DNA from: a virus
IMG/VR virus record: IMGVR_UViG_3300044826_000112
Strand: one strand, 5' to 3'
Length of the DNA: 64,000 bases
Each line of letters begins with the position of its first letter. Position 1 is the stretch's first letter. The position numbers and the translations under genes were made by a program. Below the pieces are notes generated by a model. It had not been told where the DNA came from. It made no database searches and saw only the letters and a program-made list of their open reading frames with translations. Of the stretch, positions 1 through 9,569 are shown piece by piece.

Positions 1-1110
1 ATGTCTGCAGTCGACTTCTGTACCTCTATCGCCTCTGAGCGTGCGAGTACTGGCCGTCTGTATGTGGCACACATGGACCATATGAACACCAACAGCCCGT
101 TCGATCCGAATGTGGCACCTGTTCGTCAATCCAACCTGTGCCTGGAAATCGCTCTGCCGACCAAGCCTGTCGGTATGGAAGAAGAGACTGGTGAGAAAGG
201 TGAGATCGCCCTGTGTACTCTGGGTGCGTTCAACCTGGGTGCCATTACCGAGGAAGAACTGCCGGAGCTGTCTGACCTGCTGGTCCGCGGTCTGGATACC
301 ATCCTGGATTATCAGGATTATCCCCGCAAAGAAGCCAAGTACGCAACCATGCTGCGTCGCCCTCTGGGTATTGGCGTCATCAACTACGCCTATGACCTGG
401 CCCGCCGCGGCCTGCGTTACACAGACCCCAAAGCTCTGGAGTACACGCACCGCCTGTTCGAAGCCATCCAGTACAACCTGCTGTCCGCATCGGTTGACCT
501 GGCAGTGGAGTTCGGTGCATGCCCGGCGTTCCACGAGACCACCTATGCTCAAGGCGTCCTGCCGATCGACCGCTACAAGAAGTCTGTCGATAAGCTGACT
601 GCTCCGGTCTACTACTACGACTGGGAGAGCCTGCGTGAGCGTATCGTGAAGCACGGTCTGCGTAACTCTACTCTGACCGCTCTGATGCCTTCCGAGACCT
701 CCAGCCAGATCTCCAACGCCACCAACGGTATCGAGCCGCCACGTGGTCTGGTGTCTGTGAAGCAGTCCAAGGACGGCGTCATGCGTCAGGTGGTACCGGA
801 CATCAAGCGTCTGCGTCGTGCCTACGAGACTCTGTGGGAGCAGCCAAGCTGTGTGCCGTACCTGCAGCTGGTAGGTGTAATGCAGAAGTTCGTCGACCAG
901 GCTATCTCTGCCAACACCAACTACGACCCGGTTCGTTTCCCGGAAGGTAAGGTGTCTGCAGCGACTGTTCTGCGTGACATGATGACTGCTTACAGCTATG
1001 GTGTGAAGACTCTGTACTATCACAACACTCGTGATGGTGCCGACGATAACATGGCTGAAGTTCTGCTGGCGGAGTCCGATGACTGTGCCGGTGGTGGTTG
1101 CAAGATCTAA
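1..1110 (+). CDS. nrdA: Class Ia ribonucleotide reductase alpha subunit (C-terminal part; gene probably begins before the window)
   Basis: QSNLCLEI active-site motif, ALCTLGAFNLG, LMPSETSSQISNATNGIEP, KTLYY, C-terminal CxxxxC (DCAGGGCKI). Confidence 0.97.
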   Translation: MSAVDFCTSIASERASTGRLYVAHMDHMNTNSPFDPNVAPVRQSNLCLEIALPTKPVGMEEETGEKGEIALCTLGAFNLGAITEEELPELSDLLVRGLDTILDYQDYPRKEAKYATMLRRPLGIGVINYAYDLARRGLRYTDPKALEYTHRLFEAIQYNLLSASVDLAVEFGACPAFHETTYAQGVLPIDRYKKSVDKLTAPVYYYDWESLRERIVKHGLRNSTLTALMPSETSSQISNATNGIEPPRGLVSVKQSKDGVMRQVVPDIKRLRRAYETLWEQPSCVPYLQLVGVMQKFVDQAISANTNYDPVRFPEGKVSAATVLRDMMTAYSYGVKTLYYHNTRDGADDNMAEVLLAESDDCAGGGCKI

Positions 1111-1115
1111 CTAAC

Positions 1116-1140
1116 AGGGCCCTACGGGGCCCTTTCATTT
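1116..1140 (+). terminator. Rho-independent terminator
   Basis: AGGGCCC-TACG-GGGCCCT followed by T-rich tract, right after the nrdA stop. Confidence 0.8.
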
Positions 1141-1151
1141 GGAGAAAGGAT

Positions 1152-1805
1152 ATGAAGAAGACTATTCTGGTTGCCATGATGGCTATCTCTCTGACCGGTT
1201 GCGTAGACTCTCTGCGTGATCTGGATAATAACACCCGTATGACCAACGCTGAGCAGGGCTATATCATTGCTACTGGTAAGGCCGCGGATGCCCGGGATGC
1301 CATCACTAACGGCTATGAGTCAGGTACTGGTGCTGGCGAAGACTTCCGCCGTATCTGGTGGGATCTGGCCTCCGCCGCTAACTCTAAGCGTAAGAACTTG
1401 CGGAACGAGGATGAGGTAAACATCAAGCCTTTCTGCGACATCCTAGAGGAAGTTCGCATGGCTGACTACCGTGTCACCACGCAGTTCCCTAAGGCTCGCA
1501 CTCTGCAGAGTGTCTACCAGGAGATCACTGGTAAGACTCTGGATGAGTCATGCGGCGTAGTACCTGCGGCCATCCCTGTGGCACGTACTGTTCAGACTGA
1601 CCGTACCGGCAACGGTGAACCTGAGTTGGCCCCTGAGACCTATGGTCTGATGATCGACGCTGCTAAGTCCTGCGAGCGTGCACGTATCTCCCTGATGTCC
1701 TATCCGTCAGGCTACGTGTTCACCAAGAAGGACTACAACAAGATCATGAACCTGGTGAACGACTGCAAGCGATTCGAACTGGAGAGTTCAATCAACAGTA
1801 AGTGA
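1152..1805 (+). CDS. Putative lipoprotein
   Basis: ATG at 1152 after AAGGA; signal peptide MKKTILVAMMAISLTGC with lipobox. Confidence 0.75.
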   Translation: MKKTILVAMMAISLTGCVDSLRDLDNNTRMTNAEQGYIIATGKAADARDAITNGYESGTGAGEDFRRIWWDLASAANSKRKNLRNEDEVNIKPFCDILEEVRMADYRVTTQFPKARTLQSVYQEITGKTLDESCGVVPAAIPVARTVQTDRTGNGEPELAPETYGLMIDAAKSCERARISLMSYPSGYVFTKKDYNKIMNLVNDCKRFELESSINSK

Positions 1806-1809
1806 TCAT

Positions 1810-1820
1810 GGTATAAGTAC
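1810..1820 (+). promoter_or_regulatory. Phage GGTATAAG promoter motif
   Basis: TGGTATAAGTAC; the motif recurs at the head of + strand transcription units. Confidence 0.6.
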
Positions 1821-1870
1821 TGTGTAGGAGTCTGACCTACGAAATCAAATAACTATACAGGAATACTGTC

Positions 1871-2020
1871 ATGCAAACTCAAGTTGTACAAATCGCTGCT
1901 AGTAAGCTGGTCCACATGTCAATCGAAGAGATCGAAGAGATCAATGCCATGGAAGGTGTCGAAAGCATGAGCCAGCTGGTTCGCAAAGTAGAGGCTGAGC
2001 AGTATAAGCTCGATGCGTAA
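1871..2020 (+). CDS. Small hypothetical protein (49 aa, not in ORF track)
   Basis: AGGA RBS, ATG 1871 to TAA 2020, MQTQVVQIAASKLVHMSIEEIEE... Confidence 0.6.
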   Translation: MQTQVVQIAASKLVHMSIEEIEEINAMEGVESMSQLVRKVEAEQYKLDA

Positions 2021-2041
2021 TCCAGTAGACCGGGGTCAACA

Positions 2042-2082
2042 TTGATCCCGGTCAAATCTTCCTTTTCTTTTTTCCCTATACT
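2042..2082 (+). promoter_or_regulatory. FNR-like box plus -10 element upstream of nrdD
   Basis: TTGAT-CCCG-GTCAA (9/10 match to TTGAT-N4-ATCAA) at 2042-2055; TATACT at 2077-2082. Confidence 0.55.
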
Positions 2083-2108
2083 TACTCCCGATTTTCCGGA
2101 GAATCCAT

Positions 2109-3965
2109 ATGTCCATGATCAGACTAACCCCCGACCAACTCAAGCAGATGGTCCAGAACTCTATTGACTATCGTCAAGCCCAGAACGCCGCCACCGGCTC
2201 CAAACTGGATGCCAACGCCAACGTATCAGTCAAGAACGTAGCGACCGAAGAAGTGGAGCTCGTCAAAGACTTCCTCCTGCAGCTCAACCGTACTCGCGTA
2301 AGTGCTGCTATCCAGGAATTGTACGGCACTCGCGACGCCCAACAGTACCTGGAAGACCTTGGTGATCACTTCATCTATACCCACGATGAAACCTCTATCA
2401 AACCCTACTGCACCTCGATCTCCATGTATCCGTTCGTACTGAATGGTCTCAAGGGTCTGGGTGGAGATACCACTGCTCCTAAGCATCTGCGTACCTTCGT
2501 AGGTGGCTTCATCAACCTCCTGCATGCCATTGCCAGCCAGTTCGCTGGTGCCGTGGCCACTGTAGAATTCCTTACCTACTTCGATCACTTTGCTCGTATG
2601 GAGTATGGCCAGGGCTACTCGAATGCCTTCGACCCCAAGAGCCTCAACTATGACTCTATTCAGGCTCAAGAGATCCGCAAGGACATCTACGAGCACTTTG
2701 CCCACGTGATCTACACCATCAACCAGCCGGCTGCGAACCGCGGCTATCAGGCCATCTTCTGGAACATCACAGTATTCGACCAAGGCTACTTCGAGAGCAT
2801 GTTCGAAGGCTTTGTGTTCCCCGATCTGGACCGTCCGAACTGGGCATCTACCTCTGTGCTCCAGCGTGAATTCCTGCGTTGGTTCAACAAAGAGCGTGAG
2901 CGTGCAGTCCTGACCTTCCCGGTCGTAACTGCTGCCCTGTTGAATGATGGTACTGACTTCCGTGATCTGGATACTGCAAAGTTCCTGGCCAAGGAGATGT
3001 CTGAAGGTAACTCCTTCTTCATCTACACCTCCAAGTCCGCGGATAGCTTGGCCTCTTGCTGCCGTCTGCGTAACGAGGTGACTGACAACGTGTTCTCCCA
3101 TAGCCTGGGCGCTGGCGGTGTCATGACTGGTTCTCTGAACGTCATCACCATCAACATGAACCGTTTGGCCCAAGCAGGTAGCCGTGAGCTCAACATTCAA
3201 GGGTTCCACGCCGCTCTGAAACGTCAGGTCCAGCAGGTACACAAGTACCAGCACGGCCACCTGAAGATCTACCAAGAATACTTGGCCCAAGGGATGCTGA
3301 CCGCGTACGACGCAGGCTTCATCTCTATGGAGAAGCAGTTCCTGACCGTAGGCCTGAATGGTCTGGTAGAGGCTGCAGAGTTCTTCAACATCCGCCCTGA
3401 CAACAACCCTCTGTATCGCAAGTTCGTACAAGACACTCTCAAGGTCATCTATGATGAAAACCGTGAGTTCTCCGCACGTACTGGCCTGAAGGTGAACACT
3501 GAATTCGTGCCGGCTGAGAGCCTGGGCGTCAAGAACGCCATGTGGGACCAGAAAGACGGTTTGAAGGTCATGCGGGATTGCTACAACAGCTACTTCTATC
3601 GCGTGGAAGACGAGAACCTCTCTCCTCTGGATAAGCTGAATCTGTTCGATCAGGATATGACCAAGTACCTGGACGGCGGTTCTGCCCTCCACCTCAACCT
3701 GGAAGATCTCCTGGACGAGGAACGCTGGATGGGTATGATGCGTTGTGCCATCGTGGTCGGTGTGCAGTACTTCTGCTTTAACGTGAAGTCCACTATCTGT
3801 AACGACTGTGGCTTCATCGACAAGCGTACTCGCCAGTGCTGCGAGAAGTGCGGCTCCCATGACGTCGATGGTGCCACTCGAGTGATTGGCTACTTGAAAC
3901 GGGTGAGCAACTTCTCGAAAGCTCGACAGGAAGAGCATTCCAGAAGAGTCTATTCCCGGGTATAA
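2109..3965 (+). CDS. nrdD: Class III anaerobic ribonucleoside-triphosphate reductase
   Basis: SCCRLRN, NTEFVPAES, CNDCG..CEKCG Zn site, glycyl-radical motif RVIGYL; no obvious N-terminal ATP cone. Confidence 0.95.
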   Translation: MSMIRLTPDQLKQMVQNSIDYRQAQNAATGSKLDANANVSVKNVATEEVELVKDFLLQLNRTRVSAAIQELYGTRDAQQYLEDLGDHFIYTHDETSIKPYCTSISMYPFVLNGLKGLGGDTTAPKHLRTFVGGFINLLHAIASQFAGAVATVEFLTYFDHFARMEYGQGYSNAFDPKSLNYDSIQAQEIRKDIYEHFAHVIYTINQPAANRGYQAIFWNITVFDQGYFESMFEGFVFPDLDRPNWASTSVLQREFLRWFNKERERAVLTFPVVTAALLNDGTDFRDLDTAKFLAKEMSEGNSFFIYTSKSADSLASCCRLRNEVTDNVFSHSLGAGGVMTGSLNVITINMNRLAQAGSRELNIQGFHAALKRQVQQVHKYQHGHLKIYQEYLAQGMLTAYDAGFISMEKQFLTVGLNGLVEAAEFFNIRPDNNPLYRKFVQDTLKVIYDENREFSARTGLKVNTEFVPAESLGVKNAMWDQKDGLKVMRDCYNSYFYRVEDENLSPLDKLNLFDQDMTKYLDGGSALHLNLEDLLDEERWMGMMRCAIVVGVQYFCFNVKSTICNDCGFIDKRTRQCCEKCGSHDVDGATRVIGYLKRVSNFSKARQEEHSRRVYSRV

Positions 3966-3972
3966 GAAACCT

Positions 3973-3999
3973 AGAGGGGCCCATATCGGGCCCTTTCTT
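3973..3999 (+). terminator. Rho-independent terminator
   Basis: GGGCCC-ATATC-GGGCCC then TTTCTT after nrdD. Confidence 0.65.
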
Positions 4000-4013
4000 A
4001 TTGGAGAAGAGTC

Positions 4014-4250
4014 ATGACTGACCTAGCGAGAATGATGAGCAACCTTAACGGGTTGACCTCGGAGAGACGTCTGATTGAGAACCGGATCCTCACTGCTAAC
4101 AGTGACATCCTTGCTGCTATCAAAGAGAGCGGCTTGACCAGGGTTCAATTAGAGATGATGCCTGAGTTCCGGACGTACGCCGGCTGCGTACTCATCCAGA
4201 CTGCCTTCCAACCTAAACCACCAAAGGATAACTATGAGCTCGGAGCTTAA
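4014..4250 (+). CDS. Hypothetical protein
   Basis: GGAG RBS, 78-aa ORF in a gene-dense run. Confidence 0.65.
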   Translation: MTDLARMMSNLNGLTSERRLIENRILTANSDILAAIKESGLTRVQLEMMPEFRTYAGCVLIQTAFQPKPPKDNYELGA

Positions 4251-4734
4251 GAACTTGATATGCATTGGGGCTGCTAGTTACGAGGCTGCCCGCTCTGCTA
4301 ACGTGGCCCTTGCCGGGGCCGAAGACGCTATCGAACGACTATTCCACCGAGAGGCTCTTAACGGCCAGATCTACACGCTGCTTGAATGCATGAAGGGTAT
4401 GACCTACTCGTTCTGCTGCAAGCTGTTGGATAAGATGTTCTACGACTATGGTTCAACGTGGCTGACGGAGGACATAGTAAAGGCTTTGCTGCCAGCATAC
4501 ACCTGGCTGGAACTGGAACCTTCGGCTACATGCCAAGATCCAAAGCCTATCCTGGAAATGCTCTACCGTATAGAGACTGGGTTTGCGGAGTATTTCGCAA
4601 GAGATGACCGTCCATATAATGAGAGATACTACCTGATTATTCATGAAGAGGAATTCCTCGGGATAATCAATAAGGCTCAGCGTATTCGCAAACGAGAAAA
4701 ACGGAAGGTGAAACGTGGCAACAGTGATCTTTAA
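4234..4734 (+). CDS. Hypothetical protein
   Basis: 166-aa ORF, AAGGA RBS, short overlaps with neighbours. Confidence 0.7.
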   Translation: MSSELKNLICIGAASYEAARSANVALAGAEDAIERLFHREALNGQIYTLLECMKGMTYSFCCKLLDKMFYDYGSTWLTEDIVKALLPAYTWLELEPSATCQDPKPILEMLYRIETGFAEYFARDDRPYNERYYLIIHEEEFLGIINKAQRIRKREKRKVKRGNSDL

Positions 4735-5479
4735 GCAAGCTGGGGTAGGTGTAGAGACCTACCTCAAAGATGGCATTCCGATGCTGTATGTGGACCAGAT
4801 CTTCACGATGTGCAAGATGAGTCTGGACCACCTGGTGAAGTTCAATGAACGCTATGAGACTGATAACCTTTGTCCGGCCGAAGGTGACCCAGAAGATCGC
4901 GGCTACTATGTAGGGGCCCAGCTGTACGATGTACACGAGTATCTCGTCAGCCTCCGTACCAATCCCTTCCAGAGCCTGCTGCGTACCTTCCAGGCAAGCC
5001 TGTTGAAGGTGATTACGGGCTATTGGGCGAACATCGTGTATGACTCAGACTTCGCTCCAGTTCTCACCATACGTGAGCATCGGGAGATCACTCTTGATGA
5101 TGAAGCTTTCGTGGTCAACGCGGCGTTCAAGATGATTGCACTCCTGCAGGCTCATGCCGAGGAGTTCAACTACATCGATCTCGCCCGCAAGAGCATCTAC
5201 AAGGCCCGCACTAAGACTGTAGGCCCAAATTTGCTCGTCAACACACTCATGTGGTATATTCCCCGAACGTCTGGGGGTGCTGCCGTGTTGTCTCGCGTGC
5301 GGGAAATCATCTGGGCCATACAGAAAACCAATCAAACCGAAGGTTCGCTATTCGCTCTCCAATGGGCAATAGCGGACCTGATGAGCCTCGAGCCAGAGGC
5401 ATACGAGGATCTGGACCTGCTCGAAGTTGAGCTGTTCACAGGAATCCTCCTAGTACTAAGGGAGTTCACTAATGGCTAA
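4715..5479 (+). CDS. Hypothetical protein
   Basis: 254-aa ORF with GTG start. Confidence 0.7.
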   Translation: MATVIFKQAGVGVETYLKDGIPMLYVDQIFTMCKMSLDHLVKFNERYETDNLCPAEGDPEDRGYYVGAQLYDVHEYLVSLRTNPFQSLLRTFQASLLKVITGYWANIVYDSDFAPVLTIREHREITLDDEAFVVNAAFKMIALLQAHAEEFNYIDLARKSIYKARTKTVGPNLLVNTLMWYIPRTSGGAAVLSRVREIIWAIQKTNQTEGSLFALQWAIADLMSLEPEAYEDLDLLEVELFTGILLVLREFTNG

Positions 5480-6086
5480 CAACAAGATCCACGAGATCCA
5501 CGCAAGTGCCGATAGCGTTCCGTATTGGAACGAGCGTCACGTTACCCGTAACGCATTGGCCTTGCGGTCTCTGGAGATCGCCGATGCAGTAGTCCTGAAC
5601 GAGGCGGATTTGACCAAATTGCGTGACGTCGACATGCTTCAAGAGCGTGACCTCAGCGGTATCACCAAGCCTATCTATCTGCAGTTTGACGGTAAGAAGT
5701 CCGAAGGTCGCTTCATCATCGGCCTGCTGATGTCCCTGTCGGAAACGGACGAGCGGGTAACTGTAGTTCCCTACTCGAACAACAACGATGAAGGCAAGAT
5801 GTGGCCGTATGACGTGTACTTTGAGATCACCAAGGTCTGCGAGAAAGAGGCTACGGTGACTACTCACCCGTTCCACCCGGCTGCTCTGCAGGACAAGATG
5901 GATGAAGAGGCTAAGGCACACTTCACAGCACTGAGCGGGATCGCCTTAAGCTTCCTGACTTTGCTGGGTACTGGCGCCCTGACTATCGGTCCTGAGAAGG
6001 AAGACATGTCCAAACTCAACAAAAGGAGAGGAAAGGATGGTAAACCGCCTGTTAAAGCGGACTGCCAGATCGTATGGAATAACTAA
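5472..6086 (+). CDS. Hypothetical protein
   Basis: 204-aa ORF, GGGAG RBS. Confidence 0.75.
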   Translation: MANNKIHEIHASADSVPYWNERHVTRNALALRSLEIADAVVLNEADLTKLRDVDMLQERDLSGITKPIYLQFDGKKSEGRFIIGLLMSLSETDERVTVVPYSNNNDEGKMWPYDVYFEITKVCEKEATVTTHPFHPAALQDKMDEEAKAHFTALSGIALSFLTLLGTGALTIGPEKEDMSKLNKRRGKDGKPPVKADCQIVWNN

Positions 6087-6720
6087 GCGTGTTTTGGCGG
6101 TGACAGCTGTAGCCGCCATAACCATGGGCTTTAGCAGCACCCATGAAGTAATAACTAGCTGCGAAGCATACGCTGCCTCTTACGCAGTCGTTCAGAAGAG
6201 AGCCCGGATGCATCGAATCGATGAGTCCGGTAAGAGTGAGATCTACACTCGGTTCTGGGAAGAACGAGCAAATGAGAAGAGGAAGATCCGTACCATAAAT
6301 GGCAAAGTCATCTGGGATACTCCGGTATCTCGGGGGGAAAATCTAATACGGAGCGATTATGGCTATTACGTTAGAGAATATCCTGATGTACCAAGCACGG
6401 TATACACCTCGGAAGACGCTTATGGTTGGCATAATCAGATCGATGTTGTGGTCACGGCCTGGACAATGGATGGCCTACAGTATCGACTCAGAGCTGACCA
6501 GTACCAGCAGTGTATGGCAAGCCTTCATCGGCCAACTCCTGCCTACGAGTGGTACGGAATTGTACTATCAACAGAAATAATCAAGGAGAATGAAGAGAAA
6601 TGGCCTATAGCACTTTTGGCGAAAAACGTGTGGACCACACTGTACAACCGATGTTCTTCGGTACTCCGGTTAACGTGGCTCGATACGACCGAGTCAAGTA
6701 CGACGAGTTCAACGACCTGA
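6037..6720 (+). CDS. Hypothetical protein with N-terminal hydrophobic/signal segment
   Basis: VLAVTAVAAITMGFSS segment; 3' end overlaps nrdB by 121 nt. Confidence 0.6.
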   Translation: MVNRLLKRTARSYGITKRVLAVTAVAAITMGFSSTHEVITSCEAYAASYAVVQKRARMHRIDESGKSEIYTRFWEERANEKRKIRTINGKVIWDTPVSRGENLIRSDYGYYVREYPDVPSTVYTSEDAYGWHNQIDVVVTAWTMDGLQYRLRADQYQQCMASLHRPTPAYEWYGIVLSTEIIKENEEKWPIALLAKNVWTTLYNRCSSVLRLTWLDTTESSTTSSTT

Positions 6721-7709
6721 CGACTCGTCAGCTGGCGTTCTTCTGGCGTCCTGAAGAGATCGACCTGTCCATCGACCGCGTCGACTTCAACCAGCACATG
6801 CAGGAGCATGAGCGTCACATCTTCACCTCCAACCTGAAGTATCAGACCCTGCTGGACTCCGTCCAAGGTCGTGCTTTGGTTCTGGCATTGATGAAGATCA
6901 CTTCGCTGCCTGAGCTGGAGAACTGGATCGAGACTTGGTCTTTCTCCGAGACCATTCACTCTCGCTCCTACAGCCACATCATCCGCAACCTAGTAGCGGA
7001 TCCCGACGTTATCTTCAACGATATCGTCGAGAACAAGTACATTTCTGAGCGTGCTCGTTCGGTAACGGACCGCTACGACCGCTTCATCAAGATGGTCGAT
7101 GAGTATTCCCATGCGGAAGACCTCGCGATGTTCGACCTGAAGGTCATGAAGCGTGACCTGTACCTGCTGCTGGTTGACATCAATGCCCTGGAAGCTCTTC
7201 GCTTCTATGTGAGCTTTGCGTGCTCCTTCGCCTTCGCTGAGCGTGAGCTCATGGAGGGTAACGCCAAGATCATCAAGCTGATCGCCCGGGACGAGGCCCT
7301 CCACAAGGAGGGCACCGTTACCATCCTTCGTCTTTTGCGTACCAGCGAAGACGCAGACTTCCGGGCAATCGCCAATGATCCTGAAGTTCACAAAGAGATC
7401 GATCTGATCTACGCATCGATCGTTCAGCAAGAGAGTGAATGGGCCGACTACCTGTTCAAGGACGGGGCTATGATCGGCCTGAACGCAACCATTGTGAAGC
7501 AGTACATGCAATGGATTGCGGATATCAACCTGCGTCTTATCGGTCGCCCGGCTATGTTCGGCATCAAGAGCAACCCGCTGCCCTGGATGTCCAACTACAC
7601 CAACTCCTCTGATGTACAAGTTGCACCTCAGGAGACCGAACTGACCTCTTACCGTACTGCTGACCTTGCAGCAGATACTCATGGAGCTGATCTCGATGTG
7701 GAACTCTGA
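6600..7709 (+). CDS. nrdB: Class Ia ribonucleotide reductase beta subunit
   Basis: MAYSTF..PMFFG.PVNVARYD, FFWRPEEIDL, ETIHSRSY (radical Tyr), LEALRFYVSFACSF, RDEALH. Confidence 0.97.
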   Translation: MAYSTFGEKRVDHTVQPMFFGTPVNVARYDRVKYDEFNDLTTRQLAFFWRPEEIDLSIDRVDFNQHMQEHERHIFTSNLKYQTLLDSVQGRALVLALMKITSLPELENWIETWSFSETIHSRSYSHIIRNLVADPDVIFNDIVENKYISERARSVTDRYDRFIKMVDEYSHAEDLAMFDLKVMKRDLYLLLVDINALEALRFYVSFACSFAFAERELMEGNAKIIKLIARDEALHKEGTVTILRLLRTSEDADFRAIANDPEVHKEIDLIYASIVQQESEWADYLFKDGAMIGLNATIVKQYMQWIADINLRLIGRPAMFGIKSNPLPWMSNYTNSSDVQVAPQETELTSYRTADLAADTHGADLDVEL

Positions 7710-8022
7710 GTTTGAAGAGGCTGAACGTTTCGTTCGCCTCATCTCTATCCCGAAGAAGGCCGTAAGCGGTCCTGTCTTCATCGAAGTTCCGGAGGGTACC
7801 ACCTTCCGGAATGAAATCCGTTGGCAGAACAATCGTCCTGTCATCATGGCTTCCTGCCCAACCCACCGCAACATGGTCAAGCTGCGTCTGTGCGTCTATC
7901 GCATTGCTGACGTACCGGTTGGCCGTGACATCTGTGGTCCGTACTGCCTGGGTACTTTTTACATGAACCTCGGCAAGATGGATACTTACGTGGCGTTCCT
8001 CGACGCCAACGTAGCAGAGTAA
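7696..8022 (+). CDS. Hypothetical protein
   Basis: ATG 7696 after GGAG; ends just before a terminator. Confidence 0.65.
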   Translation: MWNSEFEEAERFVRLISIPKKAVSGPVFIEVPEGTTFRNEIRWQNNRPVIMASCPTHRNMVKLRLCVYRIADVPVGRDICGPYCLGTFYMNLGKMDTYVAFLDANVAE

Positions 8023-8026
8023 CTTC

Positions 8027-8047
8027 AAGGGCCCTTCGGGGCCCTTT
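8027..8047 (+). terminator. Rho-independent terminator (cUUCGg loop)
   Basis: AAGGGCCC-TTCG-GGGCCCTTT. Confidence 0.8.
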
Positions 8048-8106
8048 GAGCATTATCTTGCTCAAAATCCTCTAGACCAAGCCGATTTTGAGCAATAAGT
8101 TGCTCA
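8047..8106. promoter_or_regulatory. Tandem palindromic operator-like sites TGAGCA-N6-TGCTCA
   Basis: Two copies, at 8047-8064 and 8089-8106, 42 bp apart, just upstream of a promoter motif. Confidence 0.55.
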
Positions 8107-8126
8107 TCCACATTCCCTCGTATCCA

Positions 8127-8144
8127 GGTATAAGTACCTTGGAG
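8127..8144 (+). promoter_or_regulatory. Phage GGTATAAG promoter motif
   Basis: GGTATAAGTACCTTGGAG; identical 18-mer at 45937-45954. Confidence 0.65.
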
Positions 8145-8154
8145 GAACACATAT

Positions 8155-9042
8155 ATGATCGAAATAGATGAATTGGAGAACCGCTGTGCCAACGGATTGA
8201 TGGCGGCAGCTGGTTGTCTTCCGATTATGACCTTGGCGTCATATCGGGCTCAAGAGGCTATGGCCCGTCCGAAGTCTTCTGTTAGAGCAGTCTCCTGGGG
8301 TTTCATCTCATCGGTAGCCCTCGGGGCTATATGGGCTGCAACTCCTTGGGCTAAAGAAGAGCCTACGGAGAAGGATGAGGCAGAAGTTCTGAAGGCGTAT
8401 CAACCACGTATCGTGATGTCCATTGCCAACGAGATCGGTGAAGACATCAAAGAGACCGCAGACGACTATGCATACAAGATTGCCGATGAGGCAGGTAAGC
8501 GTCGTATGCGTGCAGAACGCTTTGAGAGCGTGCTGTGGGGTGATCGCTTCAAGCGTGAACACATAGAAGCACTGCATGACTCGGAACGCAGGAAGGACCT
8601 CAAGGAGCGTCTGATGCGTATCGATCCGGTGTATGGTGAGCGTCTGTTCTCATCGTACGACGAGGCGGCGGCTCGCTACTATGATCTGCCAGAGTGGCGT
8701 TGGATGGATAACATCGATGAGAAGGAGAAGGATCGCAGTAGTGGAAGCTACTATCGTAATCCGTACCTCTCGTCAGGCAAGGAGGATACCTCACGGCCTA
8801 CCTCTAAGTCAGTCTTCTCGTACCGATCTCCTACTCTTGAGAAGAAGATCGATGCATCCAAGAAGGCTGCCGATGAGCGTAAAGCCGCAGCTGCCGTCCC
8901 AACCAAACGCTACGACACTTCCCGTTGGGATTCTGACGATGATGACGGTGAGGAGGTAGTGGTGCGGGAAACTCGTCACACTGACGTAGTAGATCGCCTC
9001 CTGGCGGGCGGCATAGACACAGACTTCGAGGATGAATCATGA
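8155..9042 (+). CDS. Hypothetical protein (one hydrophobic segment, charged C-terminus)
   Basis: 295-aa ORF, GGAGG RBS. Confidence 0.75.
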   Translation: MIEIDELENRCANGLMAAAGCLPIMTLASYRAQEAMARPKSSVRAVSWGFISSVALGAIWAATPWAKEEPTEKDEAEVLKAYQPRIVMSIANEIGEDIKETADDYAYKIADEAGKRRMRAERFESVLWGDRFKREHIEALHDSERRKDLKERLMRIDPVYGERLFSSYDEAAARYYDLPEWRWMDNIDEKEKDRSSGSYYRNPYLSSGKEDTSRPTSKSVFSYRSPTLEKKIDASKKAADERKAAAAVPTKRYDTSRWDSDDDDGEEVVVRETRHTDVVDRLLAGGIDTDFEDES

Positions 9043-9518
9043 GTTGGTGGGGTAACGGGTACCGTAGCGGGAGTACATATACGACCACTACTTCCAAGAC
9101 CTCTCGTCGCCGTCCGAAAGATGGCGTCGACTTGGGGATCGAGGTGAATGTACGGCTTAAGCTGTACGAGCGTAGACACCTGAAGGGCCGCGGGGAGTCG
9201 GCCCTTGTGCAGTACCTCTTGCAGCATCCTAAGATAGAGGGCCTGCAAGTATCGTTCACCTGCCGCCGGGAGCAACTGCCCGAAGTGCTGGAGGCGATAG
9301 CAGAAAACAAGGAAGACATCATCAATATGAATGACTTCCAATTCGAGACATTCGGGGAGATGCTCCATGCAGTTGTGGAGAGTAACCTCGGTGTAAAACT
9401 GGATGACGACACAAAGGAAGCTTTGACAGGCAAATCCCACTCCGTACGGCCGGATAAAAGGGAGAAGCCGAAGTCAAGTGACCCTCTGTCACTCATTCGG
9501 ATGAAAGGGGAGGATTGA
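9039..9518 (+). CDS. Hypothetical protein
   Basis: ATGA overlap with upstream gene; 159 aa. Confidence 0.7.
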   Translation: MSWWGNGYRSGSTYTTTTSKTSRRRPKDGVDLGIEVNVRLKLYERRHLKGRGESALVQYLLQHPKIEGLQVSFTCRREQLPEVLEAIAENKEDIINMNDFQFETFGEMLHAVVESNLGVKLDDDTKEALTGKSHSVRPDKREKPKSSDPLSLIRMKGED

Positions 9519-9569
9519 TCCTCCCCGCTCCTTTTTATATACTTCCGGGTATACACAAAGGAGACGGAT

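Noticed and set aside
2226-3938. 570-aa ORF antisense to nrdD (similar long antisense ORFs at 6990-7880, 32645-33466, 50967-51851, 56625-57305)
   Set aside because: These are shadow frames produced by strong codon bias in highly expressed genes; no recognisable motifs.
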